A stretch of 61,551 nucleotides of DNA, the filler included, from Nitrospinae bacterium RIFCSPLOWO2_12_FULL_45_22 (lineage in GTDB: Bacteria; 2-12-FULL-45-22): NCBI GenBank assembly GCA_001803565.1. It is 5 parts of 5 records of this genome, joined end to end, with 100 filler letters (N's around TTAATTAATTAA, not from the genome) between each part and the next. Parts side by side here need not be neighbours in the genome. Positions count along the whole stretch, not along the records: positions 33,391 to 51,537 come from MHDQ01000024.1; positions 51,638 to 61,551 come from MHDQ01000027.1; 3 more parts are not named here. The stretch is one strand, 5' to 3'. Made by a program: the position numbers and the translations under genes. The notes under the pieces are model-generated. The model saw nothing but the letters and a program-made list of their open reading frames with translations. It searched no databases and was not told the DNA's origin. Positions 47,506-57,350 of the stretch are shown here, piece after piece (positions within the stretch are counted from its first letter, which is position 1; each line of letters begins with the position of its first letter).

Positions 47506-49834
47506 TCTGCCAGCGCAGCAAGATAGGCAGTAAAAGAATGGCCGCCAGCATATTGACTACGATTACTACCGCTACCATCCCGCCCAAGATTGCCTGAAAC
47601 CTTAGGGGTGATACCAGTAAGATAGAGAGCCCAATGGCAATGGACAAGGCGGTATAAATCACCGATTTACCGGAAGTGGTTAGGGCCTGTTGATAGGCCT
47701 GGTAAAAACTGGAGTTGTTCTTCGCTATCTCCTCCCGCAGCCGGCTGGTTATATAGAGGGCATAGTCTACTCCTAGCCCCATACCGAGGGAGGCTACCGG
47801 GACGGTATAGATAAATAACCCTATCTGGCCAAAGCCCATCGTAGCAAAAGTTATTAAAGTGCCTATAGCCAGTGACACCAGTATTATCAGGCTAGTTATT
47901 AAAGAGCGGAAGGTTATAATACAGAAGAATACGATCACGATAGATATCTGGATAAGAGATGAAACCTGACCTTTCTTTATCTCTTCCATGACGGCGGCAA
48001 ATATCCCTATTATACCGGCAGCCTGCTGGATATCTGCCGTAGACCTTTTCCCATTTTTTACGAAATCGTCTGTCTCCTGGAGCAGGCCGCGGATAGTGCT
48101 ACCACGGTGATCTTTAACAAAGACGGCCAGGTTCCCCTCACTGAAATCTATCTCAAAATAGCCCTTGCTGTGCTCTACACCCCCTCCGGTACGAAATATC
48201 TCCATCATCTGATAATTGCTCTCATAGTCTCCTGGCAGGACATACCAGCGGGGATCATTATCATGCAAGGCCATATTTACTCCCTTTATCACATCTACAT
48301 AAGAGAGGGCGCCCCGAACCTCTGCCCTACTCTCCAGGCGCCTCTGCAAAGTATTGACATCGGTTACTATATCCGGTTGGGCCATGGCCCCCCGCCCCTT
48401 GCCCTTGATATGGATAAGGTAGGGGTTAGTGCCAAAGAAGCTGGAATTTAGTACCCTCTCGGCCTGGTTGTATTCCGAATCAGCCCAGAAGATGGGATAA
48501 CCCTCCTGCAATTCACCTACCTCTACCCGCTGGGCCCCTATTATGGCTATAGGTATAAGGACTATAGTAATCACCATAATCCACCAGCGACCTTTTCTAT
48601 CCCAGGTAACCCTTGCTATCCAGCCCAAGAGCCTATCCATACTAGCTGATCCTCGTTTAAATCTCTCTAATTCCCTCCTGGTAGGCGCTGGTAAAAGAGA
48701 TAGGAAGGCTGGCAGAAATATAAGGGTGGTGATAAATATCCGCAACACGCCATAAGTAGCTGACCAGGCCATCTGCTGCAACAACTGGAAAGGGATAAAG
48801 AATAGCGTGGCAAAGCCCGCCCCATCCGTCACAATAGAGCTTATACCGGGCTTCCATAGCCCCACCATGGCCTCTTCACACGCCCGCTTATTATCCCCCC
48901 ACTTTTCATATTCCTCATAGTAGCGACTAAGGATCTGGATAGAATGGCTTACCTCAATGGCCATGATCATAAAGGGGACTACAATGCTCATAATATCCAT
49001 CTGGATACCTAGCAGGGCCTCGGAGCCTAATCCCCAGACCACAGTCACAAACCCGGCCCATAGGGGGATGAATATCCCCCGCATAGTCCGGAAGGCCAGG
49101 AAGAGCATAGCCATTATCAGCAAAATGGCTATGCCAAACAAGACCAACATCTGGTTCATATAAAGGGCGAGATGACCCAGGGCAACGGCCCTACCTGCCA
49201 TATAAAAACGGTGGTTAGCATCTTCTTCGGCCTTTAATATTTGTCTTATATTATCGAAGATATAGCGATAGTCCTTATCCGACCAGAAATAGGCCAGTAT
49301 AACGGTAGATTTTTTGTCCCAGGCCAGCAGCCGGCCATATAGTTGTTCATTACTCAAGACCCGCTGGCGGTACTCAGGCAGGAAGGCCGGCTCAGAGATG
49401 GCCTTGCGGGCCAGGGCGCTCCAGTTCTCTACCATGAGGGTAGTAATGCCCCGCTCATCCAGGAAGGTACGGAAGCTCTTTACCCGGCTCCGGGAAGCCA
49501 GGGAGATTACATTGCCATTCATTACCCCCCTGAGGTCATATATCTTATCTGATATCCGGTATAGCTTCGCCAGGCTCTCGGTCTGAAAAATATCGCCATC
49601 TTTTACCTCCATGACGATCTCTACCAGGTGGCCGATGCCGAATACCTGGCCCATATAGCCCGTGAGCCGGACGAAAGGATGGCCTTTGGGGGCAATATCA
49701 GCCGCTTCGCGATAGAGCTTGGCATGCCTTAGTTGCTCAATGAAATGGTAGAGGAAGAAGAGGGTAATAGCGATTACTAATACCACAATCGGCAGGCGTA
49801 ATTTCAATATCGCACGAACAATCTGCCGCCTCAT
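47486..49834 (-). CDS. MMPL/RND-family transporter
   Basis: Two repeats of TM + periplasmic domain + TM bundle; GLGVDY motif. Confidence 0.88.
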   Translation of the reverse strand: MRRQIVRAILKLRLPIVVLVIAITLFFLYHFIEQLRHAKLYREAADIAPKGHPFVRLTGYMGQVFGIGHLVEIVMEVKDGDIFQTESLAKLYRISDKIYDLRGVMNGNVISLASRSRVKSFRTFLDERGITTLMVENWSALARKAISEPAFLPEYRQRVLSNEQLYGRLLAWDKKSTVILAYFWSDKDYRYIFDNIRQILKAEEDANHRFYMAGRAVALGHLALYMNQMLVLFGIAILLIMAMLFLAFRTMRGIFIPLWAGFVTVVWGLGSEALLGIQMDIMSIVVPFMIMAIEVSHSIQILSRYYEEYEKWGDNKRACEEAMVGLWKPGISSIVTDGAGFATLFFIPFQLLQQMAWSATYGVLRIFITTLIFLPAFLSLLPAPTRRELERFKRGSASMDRLLGWIARVTWDRKGRWWIMVITIVLIPIAIIGAQRVEVGELQEGYPIFWADSEYNQAERVLNSSFFGTNPYLIHIKGKGRGAMAQPDIVTDVNTLQRRLESRAEVRGALSYVDVIKGVNMALHDNDPRWYVLPGDYESNYQMMEIFRTGGGVEHSKGYFEIDFSEGNLAVFVKDHRGSTIRGLLQETDDFVKNGKRSTADIQQAAGIIGIFAAVMEEIKKGQVSSLIQISIVIVFFCIITFRSLITSLIILVSLAIGTLITFATMGFGQIGLFIYTVPVASLGMGLGVDYALYITSRLREEIAKNNSSFYQAYQQALTTSGKSVIYTALSIAIGLSILLVSPLRFQAILGGMVAVVIVVNMLAAILLLPILLRWQIKGFGG

Positions 49835-49878
49835 GATGATTAGACTATTTTCTGTTCCAATTCAGATACCATAATAAC

Positions 49879-49912
49879 TGTAGTAGGCACGGATTAATCC
49901 GTGCCTACTACA
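49879..49912. repeat. Perfect 34-bp GTAG-type palindrome
   Basis: TGTAGTAGGCACGGATT|AATCCGTGCCTACTACA. Confidence 0.85.
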
Positions 49913-49922
49913 TACAATGCCG

Positions 49923-51440
49923 CTACTTAAGCTCCTGGAACTTGGTGCCTAAGGCCCAGCCCCAGGCATCAAACCCTCCCCGGGCCTTCCACATATCCTG
50001 GGTGCGCTTAAATTTGGTCTTTAGTTCNNNNNNNNNNNNNNNNNAGCCCCAGGCATCAAACCCTCCCCGGGCCTTCCACATATCCTGGGTGCGCTTAAAT
50101 TTGGTCTTTAGTTCCGGGTCAAGCCGCTCTATCCCTTCCCGTAATTTATGCTTCTTCTCTTCATAAAGAGGTGGATAAGGCGGGTTTTGCTCGGCCTTGG
50201 TTACCAGCCGATAGTTCGGTGAAGGTCGCCAGAAATTCTCCTTGCTCAGCTCGGTCATGGTATACTTACTCTCCGGGATAGGCTCACCAAACTTGAAGCC
50301 CCCATACCAGGCATAGACTGTAAAGTCGCGCTTGTAATCGCCGCCGCCAATGAGGCTCCGGCCCCAGGCCATCCTCCCCTTGTAGGAATTGGGATAGGGC
50401 TTCCAGCAGGTCTCGAAGATGATGCGCCAGAAATTCCCTTCCCGGTCATACTGCTCAGCCCGCAGCTCCAGCTTGGTACGTTTCTCGATCCAATAGATCA
50501 TATAACCCAGGTAATACTTCGGGTCTTTCGGTGTGACCTTGACGACCCAGCACTCTAAACCACCATCCTCCCGGTAGGGGTTCATGCCATCACCCCAGAC
50601 CCCCTGTCCAGGATAGACCGGGTTGTCTGCAATGACCTTCGGATTACCCATGATTTCCTGACCCTTTACCGCTAGCACCTCGTAAAGGACATCCTCGCCG
50701 ATGATCTCATAGGTATACTCCCAGAACTGCCGCTCGCCATTGTCATCATTACTCAGGGGATAACCGAGGGAGTCGTCCTGCCGGTCGCCACCGGCCGAGC
50801 GCCTCACCCGCCGCAAGGCCGGTACCCAGGAGTAACGGTCCGGGTCTTTCCATTTCTCCGGGGCATTGTTATACTTGACCACCAACTGGGCAAAGCCCCG
50901 GATCTCGGGTGGGTTATCCAGGATAGTGAAGACCTTCTGGTAAAGGCCATTGATCCCCATCTTGTAATGAATCACCTCATCAAACCGCTCCCAGTACTGG
51001 GTCCGCATGATATAGAAATTCTTGCTAATCACCAGACCCCGGCGGTTTATGGATGGGCCATAACCACAATAATTTTGGGTCTTGCCCCCCTCGGCGCTCC
51101 AGAAGTTGCATTCCCTGAACCAGAGCAGCTCCTCACCGGTATAGGGGACATCCTTGCGGGGCCAAGAGGGCTTCCAGGGATAGGGGTCTTTAAGTACCCA
51201 GGGATACTGGGGATGTCGTTTGGCCGGCTCAGTCCAGTCCTTCACAGGTTCATCATAGACGGTCCAGCCTTTGATGGTAGCTGGTGCCGGGGCATAAGGG
51301 TCTACCTCGACCCAGCTCCCCTGTCCTACCTCATGTTTTATCTTCTTTCCTTCCTGCGCTAATACCGTGGCTGGCATGACCCACCAGATCCCTAGCGCCA
51401 GCAATAAAACCAGCAGATAGATAATTCTTCTCTTCTTCAT
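49923..51440 (-). CDS. DUF1329 / LolA-like periplasmic protein (contains an assembly gap)
   Basis: Signal peptide; W.PALRRVRR, DD..G, YDREG..WR; adjacent to the MMPL gene. Confidence 0.8.
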   Translation of the reverse strand: MKKRRIIYLLVLLLALGIWWVMPATVLAQEGKKIKHEVGQGSWVEVDPYAPAPATIKGWTVYDEPVKDWTEPAKRHPQYPWVLKDPYPWKPSWPRKDVPYTGEELLWFRECNFWSAEGGKTQNYCGYGPSINRRGLVISKNFYIMRTQYWERFDEVIHYKMGINGLYQKVFTILDNPPEIRGFAQLVVKYNNAPEKWKDPDRYSWVPALRRVRRSAGGDRQDDSLGYPLSNDDNGERQFWEYTYEIIGEDVLYEVLAVKGQEIMGNPKVIADNPVYPGQGVWGDGMNPYREDGGLECWVVKVTPKDPKYYLGYMIYWIEKRTKLELRAEQYDREGNFWRIIFETCWKPYPNSYKGRMAWGRSLIGGGDYKRDFTVYAWYGGFKFGEPIPESKYTMTELSKENFWRPSPNYRLVTKAEQNPPYPPLYEEKKHKLREGIERLDPELKTKFKRTQDMWKARGGFDAWGXXXXXXELKTKFKRTQDMWKARGGFDAWGWALGTKFQELK

Positions 51441-51637
51441 AAATGCCTCCTTTTTCTATTTCCTTAGCTGGATTTATCTATATTTCAAATTGAACTCATG
51501 GGATTCATTCCCCCAAATGACTAAGGAAAGGTAACTGNNNNNNNNNNNNNNNNNNNNNNNNNNNNNNNNNNNNNNNNNNNNTTAATTAATTAANNNNNNN
51601 NNNNNNNNNNNNNNNNNNNNNNNNNNNNNNNNNNNNN

Positions 51638-51906
51638 TTGCTGAGTATAGGGTCCCTACTGCGCTGGACTTGCCACAAATTCATACTTTATTAATTGAGC
51701 AACCTTCTGACTGGGGGCCATTTGGCGTGAAGGGAGTGGGTGAGCCCCCTACCATACCTACCGCGGCGGCTATCGCTAATGCCATTTATAACGCTACTGG
51801 GGTAAGGGTACATCATCTCCCCATAACTCCTGAAGCGCTCTATCAGGCCATTAAATCTTCTCGCCAAAATAAAACCACAAAGACGCAAGTGAGCAGTAAG
51901 CAGTGA
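51638..51906 (+). CDS. C-terminal fragment of a second XDH-family molybdopterin subunit
   Basis: EYRVPTALD.P...GPFGVKGVGEP..AIANAIYNATG.R..LPITPE. Confidence 0.88.
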
Positions 51907-51941
51907 GCAGTTACTGCTTACCCCTCACGGCTCACTCCTCA
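51888..51941. repeat. Heptamer-periodic palindrome
   Basis: GTGAGCA GTAAGCA GTGAGCA / GCTTAC CCCTCAC GGCTCAC. Confidence 0.6.
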
Positions 51942-52025
51942 TGGTATGTTACTTTGACCTTGTATCATGGGCTGGAATAGGGTAAAATTCAGATAGAGTA
52001 AGGCAAAGGGAAGAGGAGGAGAGTC

Positions 52026-53231
52026 GTGAGGATTATTTTATATACCGGAAAAGGAGGAGTGGGAAAGACAAGTATTTCGGCGGCAACCGCGGTACGGGCT
52101 GCCCAGCTTGGCTATAAGACTATTGTGCTCAGTACAGATGCGGCCCATAGTCTGGCAGATTCTCTAGACCAGGAAATAGGTTATAATCCAACACAGATGG
52201 CCGAGAATCTCTGGGCGCAGGAGATAGATGTCAATATCGAGCTAAAGAACAATTATTATGTGATCCAGAAATTTATCTCGGACTATTTACGTAGACAGGG
52301 CTTTGACCCGATAGTAGCCGAGGAGTTTGCAGTCTTTCCTGGGATGGAGGAGCTCTTCAGCCTGCTTAAGGTGAGGGAGTACTCCGCGTCCGGGGAATAT
52401 GATGTCATCATCATAGATTGTGCCCCCACAGCCAGCACAGTACGGATGCTTAGCTTCCCGGATGCTATTCGCTGGTATATGACCAAATTCTTCCATATCG
52501 AGCGGAAAATCCTCAAGACTATCCGGCCTATTGCGGAACGGATTACTAAGATGCCCTTGCCGAGTGATGCGGTATACTTTTCTGTAGAAGACCTATACTT
52601 AAAAATCCAGGAGATGAATGATATATTAACTGATGGCTCGGTTACTACTATCCGATTAGTAATTAACCCCGAGAAGATGGTGATCAAAGAATCACAAAGG
52701 GCATATACCTACCTGAACCTGTTTGGCTTCAAGGTGGATTCGGTTATCGCTAATCGCATCTTACCAAAAGACCTCGAGGATTCATATTTTAAGAAATGGT
52801 TAAAGATACAGGATAAGCACCTGGAGACTGCCGAAGAATGCTTTAACCCCTTACCCATCTTGCGGGGCAAATTGTTTGATGAAGAGATGGTGGGTCAGGC
52901 CCTCCTGAACCGTATGGCTGAGGATATATTTAAAGATATTGATCCCACCGGGGTTCTTTGTGAAGATAAATCTATGGAGATTATCCCTTCTGGAGGGAAA
53001 TACACCTTGCGGATACGCTGCCCGGCCTTGAAAAAAGAGCAATTGGGTGTGTGGGTTAAGAGTGATGAATTGATCATCAGGGCCGGCTCTTATAAGCGTA
53101 GCTTTATCTTACCCAGGACTTTAGCCCTCGTGCCCTTAACGGAAGCCAATTTTGTGGATGGAAGATTGGAGATAATTTTTGGAGGTGATAAGGATGAGCG
53201 GAAAAAAGGGGCTGTTCAGCCCTCCTTATAA
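52026..53231 (+). CDS. ArsA/GET3-family ATPase with HSP20-like C-terminus
   Basis: GKGGVGKT, STDAAHSL, PGMEE, DCAPT. Confidence 0.92.
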   Translation: MRIILYTGKGGVGKTSISAATAVRAAQLGYKTIVLSTDAAHSLADSLDQEIGYNPTQMAENLWAQEIDVNIELKNNYYVIQKFISDYLRRQGFDPIVAEEFAVFPGMEELFSLLKVREYSASGEYDVIIIDCAPTASTVRMLSFPDAIRWYMTKFFHIERKILKTIRPIAERITKMPLPSDAVYFSVEDLYLKIQEMNDILTDGSVTTIRLVINPEKMVIKESQRAYTYLNLFGFKVDSVIANRILPKDLEDSYFKKWLKIQDKHLETAEECFNPLPILRGKLFDEEMVGQALLNRMAEDIFKDIDPTGVLCEDKSMEIIPSGGKYTLRIRCPALKKEQLGVWVKSDELIIRAGSYKRSFILPRTLALVPLTEANFVDGRLEIIFGGDKDERKKGAVQPSL

Positions 53232-53412
53232 TTTACTTGAGGTTTTAGGCCAGTTTTCTGAGACAAAAGAGCATCTCCTGCGGGCTGGTGGAGAGATATT
53301 TCAAGCCTTGCGCTCAGCCCTGGATACTATCATAGATATAAGCCAGGGTGAGAAACAGGATGATGGCTCATCAAAACCTGAAGAAGAAATCAAGCAGGTC
53401 GAAATTAAATAA
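53179..53412 (+). CDS. Small hypothetical protein (ATG likely at 53194)
   Basis: Overlaps the ArsA-family gene end; GGAGG RBS; HL..AG.E.F.ALR...D helix. Confidence 0.55.
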   Translation: MEVIRMSGKKGLFSPPYNLLEVLGQFSETKEHLLRAGGEIFQALRSALDTIIDISQGEKQDDGSSKPEEEIKQVEIK

Positions 53413-53541
53413 CCGAAAATAGCTTCACCTAAATCAGCGTATCATTTCAAATATGCACCGCAGAAGACGCAAAGATATGTGAATGGTAAGGAGGTGAGTG
53501 GTCAGCCTTAACTCCTCACGGCTCACTCCTTCCTAATTCTT

Positions 53542-54054
53542 TTGCGAAAGGGGGCGATGATGGCAAAAGTACTGATAGTCTATTATGGTGGGAAACTTAG
53601 CGCGGTACGGAGGATGGCGATAAAGATTGCCGAAGGGGTACGAGAAGAAGGGGTCGAGGCGGTCTTGAAAAGTTTAGAAGAGGCCAAAGTGGATGATCTG
53701 TTAGCCGCTGATGGAATAGTTATTGGCGCCCCTTCTTATTATGGCGGGGTACCGGGCGAGATGAAGAGCTTTTTAGACCAGGCCACAAAACTACAGGGCA
53801 AGCTGGATGGTAAGGTAGGGGCAGCTTTTAGCTCCTCACAATATCTGGGTGGCGGTAATGAAACTACCCTCCTGGCTATTATTACCACTCTCTTATTTCA
53901 TGGCGTGGTTATTCAAGGAGATTCTGGGGGATATCACTTCGGCCCTATTACTCTCAACCCCACTGGCCGAGAAGATGATATAGTAGAAAGCGATGAGCAC
54001 CAATGCAGGCGCCTGGGACAGCGAGTAGCCCGCCTGGTAAAAAAGCTAGGATAA
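53542..54054 (+). CDS. Flavodoxin / WrbA-like NAD(P)H:quinone oxidoreductase
   Basis: KVLIVYY, GAPSYYG, GKVGAAFSS, GGNETT. Confidence 0.88.
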   Translation: MRKGAMMAKVLIVYYGGKLSAVRRMAIKIAEGVREEGVEAVLKSLEEAKVDDLLAADGIVIGAPSYYGGVPGEMKSFLDQATKLQGKLDGKVGAAFSSSQYLGGGNETTLLAIITTLLFHGVVIQGDSGGYHFGPITLNPTGREDDIVESDEHQCRRLGQRVARLVKKLG

Positions 54055-54131
54055 GGTTCCCCACCCTTTTAGCCAGAGTAGAAGTCAGCTCGAGAGCATA
54101 GGAATTTTCATTTTAATAATGCGGTTTTGTG

Positions 54132-54154
54132 GTAGTCGCAGGCTTTAGCCTGCG
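54132..54154 (+). repeat. GTAG-type REP palindrome
   Basis: GTAGT-CGCAGGCT-TT-AGCCTGCG. Confidence 0.65.
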
Positions 54155-54270
54155 TCGCAAAGGCATTAAAGAAAGCAAAATTCAGTAAGAAGTCAGCCGT
54201 TAACTCCTCACTCCTTATGAGAGATGGATATATTTGCGTACCTCAGTTATTTGCAGGACAACAATATTAA

Positions 54271-55689
54271 ATGAGGCTAGAGAGGGATAGTTTAGGAGAG
54301 AAAGAAGTTCCCGAAGAAGCCTACTATGGTATCCAGACTGCCAGGGCTCTGGAGAATTTTCCTATCAGTGGTATCAACCCCCATCCCTTATTTGTCAAAG
54401 CCACAGTCTTGATAAAAAAGGCCGCAGCAGAAGCCAATATGACTTTGGGGGTATTAGACCCCTTGCTCGGTAAAGCAATTGTCTGGGCTGCGGATGAGGT
54501 TCTGGCCGGGAGATTACAGGATCAATTTGTAGTTGATGTATTTCAGGCTGGAGCTGGTACTTCCCACAACATGAATGTTAACGAAGTGCTGGCTAACCGT
54601 GCCAATGAGCTCCTGGGAGGTAAGCGAGGAGAGTATCACCCAGTTCATCCCAATGATCATGTCAATATGGCCCAATCTACTAACGATGTTTTCCCTACGG
54701 CTATGCGCCTCGCAGCCATCTTCCTTTCTCAGGGACTAATATCTACCCTGGAATCCCTGAAAAAATCTCTGGATAAGAAGTCTCAACAGTTCGGCCGGGT
54801 CATAAAATCTGGTCGGACCCATCTTCAGGATGCCGTGCCTATTACCCTGGGGCAAGAATTTGGGGCTTACGTAGTTACCATTGATAAGGCCACTGCCCTG
54901 ATCCAGGGAGCAGTTGAATCCCTGAAAGAGCTGGGTATAGGTGGTACGGCGGTAGGTACGGGACTGAATGCCCACCCCGCCTACCGGGACGAGGTAGTGC
55001 AAAGATTGGGTCAGTATACGAGCTGGAATTTACGCAGCAACCCCTCCTTAATAGAAGCGATGCAGAGTATGGCCCCTTTTGTCTATCTCTCTAACAACCT
55101 CAAATTATTGGCTCTGGAGCTTATCCGTATAGCCAATGACTTAAGGCTCCTCAGCTCTGGACCCCGGACCGGTTTAGCAGAGATAAGGCTCCCAGCCGTG
55201 CAGCCCGGTTCATCTATCATGCCGGGTAAGGTAAATCCAGTTATAGCTGAAGTTTTAAATATGGTAGCTTTCCAGGTAGTTGGTAATGACTTCACTATTG
55301 CCCTGGCCAGTCAGGCAGGACAGCTAGAATTGAACGTCATGATGCCCGTTATTATCCATAATCTTTTGTCCTCCATGGAGATTTTGAAAAATGGGGTAAG
55401 GGCTTTCCAGGAGCGTTGCATAGAGGGGATAGAAGCGAACGAAGATCGCTGTAAAGCATATATGGAAAAGAGTTTGGGTTTAGCTACTGTCCTGAATCCC
55501 TATATAGGCTATGAGAGGGCTGCCCAGGTAGCAAAAAAAGCCTTTGCCACTGCCAGGTCTATAAGGGATATTATATTGGAAGAGGGCCTGTTGACCCCGG
55601 AAGAACTGGATAAAATCTTTAGTACCACAGGAGAAACCGATATTGGATCACAAGAGAAAGGAATCCGCCCGCCTACTACCACCTCTTAG
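54271..55689 (+). CDS. aspA: Aspartate ammonia-lyase / class II fumarase family
   Basis: GAGTSHNMN, QSTND, GRTHLQDA, GSSIMPGKVNP. Confidence 0.8.
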   Translation: MRLERDSLGEKEVPEEAYYGIQTARALENFPISGINPHPLFVKATVLIKKAAAEANMTLGVLDPLLGKAIVWAADEVLAGRLQDQFVVDVFQAGAGTSHNMNVNEVLANRANELLGGKRGEYHPVHPNDHVNMAQSTNDVFPTAMRLAAIFLSQGLISTLESLKKSLDKKSQQFGRVIKSGRTHLQDAVPITLGQEFGAYVVTIDKATALIQGAVESLKELGIGGTAVGTGLNAHPAYRDEVVQRLGQYTSWNLRSNPSLIEAMQSMAPFVYLSNNLKLLALELIRIANDLRLLSSGPRTGLAEIRLPAVQPGSSIMPGKVNPVIAEVLNMVAFQVVGNDFTIALASQAGQLELNVMMPVIIHNLLSSMEILKNGVRAFQERCIEGIEANEDRCKAYMEKSLGLATVLNPYIGYERAAQVAKKAFATARSIRDIILEEGLLTPEELDKIFSTTGETDIGSQEKGIRPPTTTS

Positions 55690-56104
55690 CCGGAAGCTGA
55701 TAGGGATAGAATTTGGCCTGGGGCCTTTTTATATTGACAAACAGAAGGTAATAGGGCTGGCTGAAATACTGGGAGACCCTAACCTGAGCCATATAGCCAG
55801 CGGAATTGATGCTGTCCCCCCTTATTATCTGGTTACCTTACTTAGTGACAAAGACCCTATAGGTGACCGGCCAGATATACTTTTTGCTGGCTTACACGGA
55901 GAATTCTTTGCCCCGATCAAAATAGGGGATACCATCACGGGCAAAGGGGAAATATCTGATGTCTTTGAGAAGAAAGGTAGATCAGGTAAAATGATTTTTG
56001 TAGTAGCAGAATTGCTATATAATAATCAGCAAGGGGAAAGAGTAGCAAAACTGCAATTATCCTGGGTAAGGCGGGATAAATATGAGCAGGGGATAGATCA
56101 ATGA
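55643..56104 (+). CDS. MaoC-like hotdog-fold dehydratase subunit
   Basis: GDPN, PIKIGDTI, KKGRSG.MIFV. Confidence 0.75.
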   Translation: MDHKRKESARLLPPLSRKLIGIEFGLGPFYIDKQKVIGLAEILGDPNLSHIASGIDAVPPYYLVTLLSDKDPIGDRPDILFAGLHGEFFAPIKIGDTITGKGEISDVFEKKGRSGKMIFVVAELLYNNQQGERVAKLQLSWVRRDKYEQGIDQ

Positions 56105-56532
56105 CAAAAAAAGGGGCCCTGGAAAAGATAGAGATTGGTGCGCCATTACCACCGCTCATAAAAGAACCTACCACTAAACAAGTGGAGGGCTTCTGTAAGG
56201 CAGCAAACCTGGGCCTCAACTTTTTCCTGGATAGCGAGACAGCCAGGAAAAAGGGATTGCCCGGGCCGATTGTCCCGGGTGACATATCCTTTTGCTTCAT
56301 TGTGCAAACCCTTACCCATGCCTTCCCAAATGCTATCCTTAAAGAAATAAAAGTAAATTTCCGCCATATTGTCCGGCATGGTGACCGCTTGACTTGCCAG
56401 GGGATTGTTACCGAGAAGGGTGAGGATGAAGAAGGCCCTTATATTGAGTGCGACCTATTTATTGAGAATCAACGGAAAGAGCGAACTCTGGCTGGTAAGG
56501 CCAAGCTCAAAATCGTGAGGGGTAAGGAGTGA
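56101..56532 (+). CDS. MaoC-family dehydratase
   Basis: A...GLPGPIVPG, V.FR..V..GD. Confidence 0.78.
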   Translation: MTKKGALEKIEIGAPLPPLIKEPTTKQVEGFCKAANLGLNFFLDSETARKKGLPGPIVPGDISFCFIVQTLTHAFPNAILKEIKVNFRHIVRHGDRLTCQGIVTEKGEDEEGPYIECDLFIENQRKERTLAGKAKLKIVRGKE

Positions 56533-56577
56533 GGGGGTGAGGCATAAAAATTTTCTCCTTACTCCTCATGCCTTACG
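56514..56577. repeat. Heptamer-periodic palindrome overlapping a stop codon
   Basis: CGTGAGGG GTAAGGA GTGAGGG..GTGAGGCAT / CTCCTTAC TCCTCAT GCCTTACG; same family as 14194-14265. Confidence 0.65.
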
Positions 56578-56630
56578 ATTGATAACTGCCGGCTGATAGC
56601 TTGACTCTTCGTGCCGTGGTCGTACGGTAG

Positions 56631-57314
56631 GTGAAAGGAAATGATATGACAGAGAATAAAGGTTTAGATTGGAACAGCATTGAGTTTGTCCTGCTGGATA
56701 TGGATGGTACCCTATTAGACAAGGGCTTTGATGATTATTTTTGGGAGACTTATGTCCCAAAATTCTATGCTGAAAAATATGATATCTCCCGGGAAGATGC
56801 CCATAAGGTATTAATGGAGAAATATAAATCTCAGGAAGGGACTTTGAATTGGTTTGATTTAGACTACTGGTCAGAAGCATTGGGGCTAGACATTGTTCAA
56901 CTCAAGGAGCAGATAAGCTCCTTGATAAGAATACACCCCGATGTGCCGGACTTTTTGGAATTTTTAAAAAAGGGGAATAGGAAGGGCTTTTTAGTGACCA
57001 ATGCCCACCCCAAAACCATAAAACTAAAGCTAAACAAGACCGGACTCGGCCCATATTTTACTGCGGTTCTGTCGGCCTTTGATGTGGGGGTTCCCAAGCA
57101 CTCAGGAAGGTTTTGGGAAAAGGCTGGAGAGCGCCTTGGTTTTATAAGAGATAAAGCCCTATTCATAGATGATGAGGAAGTGGCCTTAGAAGCTGCCAGC
57201 AAATATGGGATAAGATATCTATTGCATAAAGTAAATCCAGGCTTTAGAGAGGTATCTAGCTCTAACAAGTTTATCCAGATAGCCTTTTTCAAAGAGCTCC
57301 TGCTATTATCCTAA
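56631..57314 (+). CDS. HAD hydrolase, YrfG-like GMP/IMP nucleotidase
   Basis: DMDGTLLD, W..LDYWS, TNAH, FIDD. Confidence 0.85.
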   Translation: MKGNDMTENKGLDWNSIEFVLLDMDGTLLDKGFDDYFWETYVPKFYAEKYDISREDAHKVLMEKYKSQEGTLNWFDLDYWSEALGLDIVQLKEQISSLIRIHPDVPDFLEFLKKGNRKGFLVTNAHPKTIKLKLNKTGLGPYFTAVLSAFDVGVPKHSGRFWEKAGERLGFIRDKALFIDDEEVALEAASKYGIRYLLHKVNPGFREVSSSNKFIQIAFFKELLLLS

Positions 57315-57350
57315 GCCGGAAAATTTAACCAGGATAAACATTCAGTAAAC

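Noticed and set aside
49958-50114. Apparent 70-bp tandem duplication in the DUF1329 gene
   Set aside because: Identical copies flank a short N gap, typical of an unmerged scaffold overlap.
9569-51637. Repeated TTAATTAATTAA motif within N runs
   Set aside because: Artificial contig linker, not biological. ORF extensions into Ns (23939-23990, 33335-33390) are artefacts.
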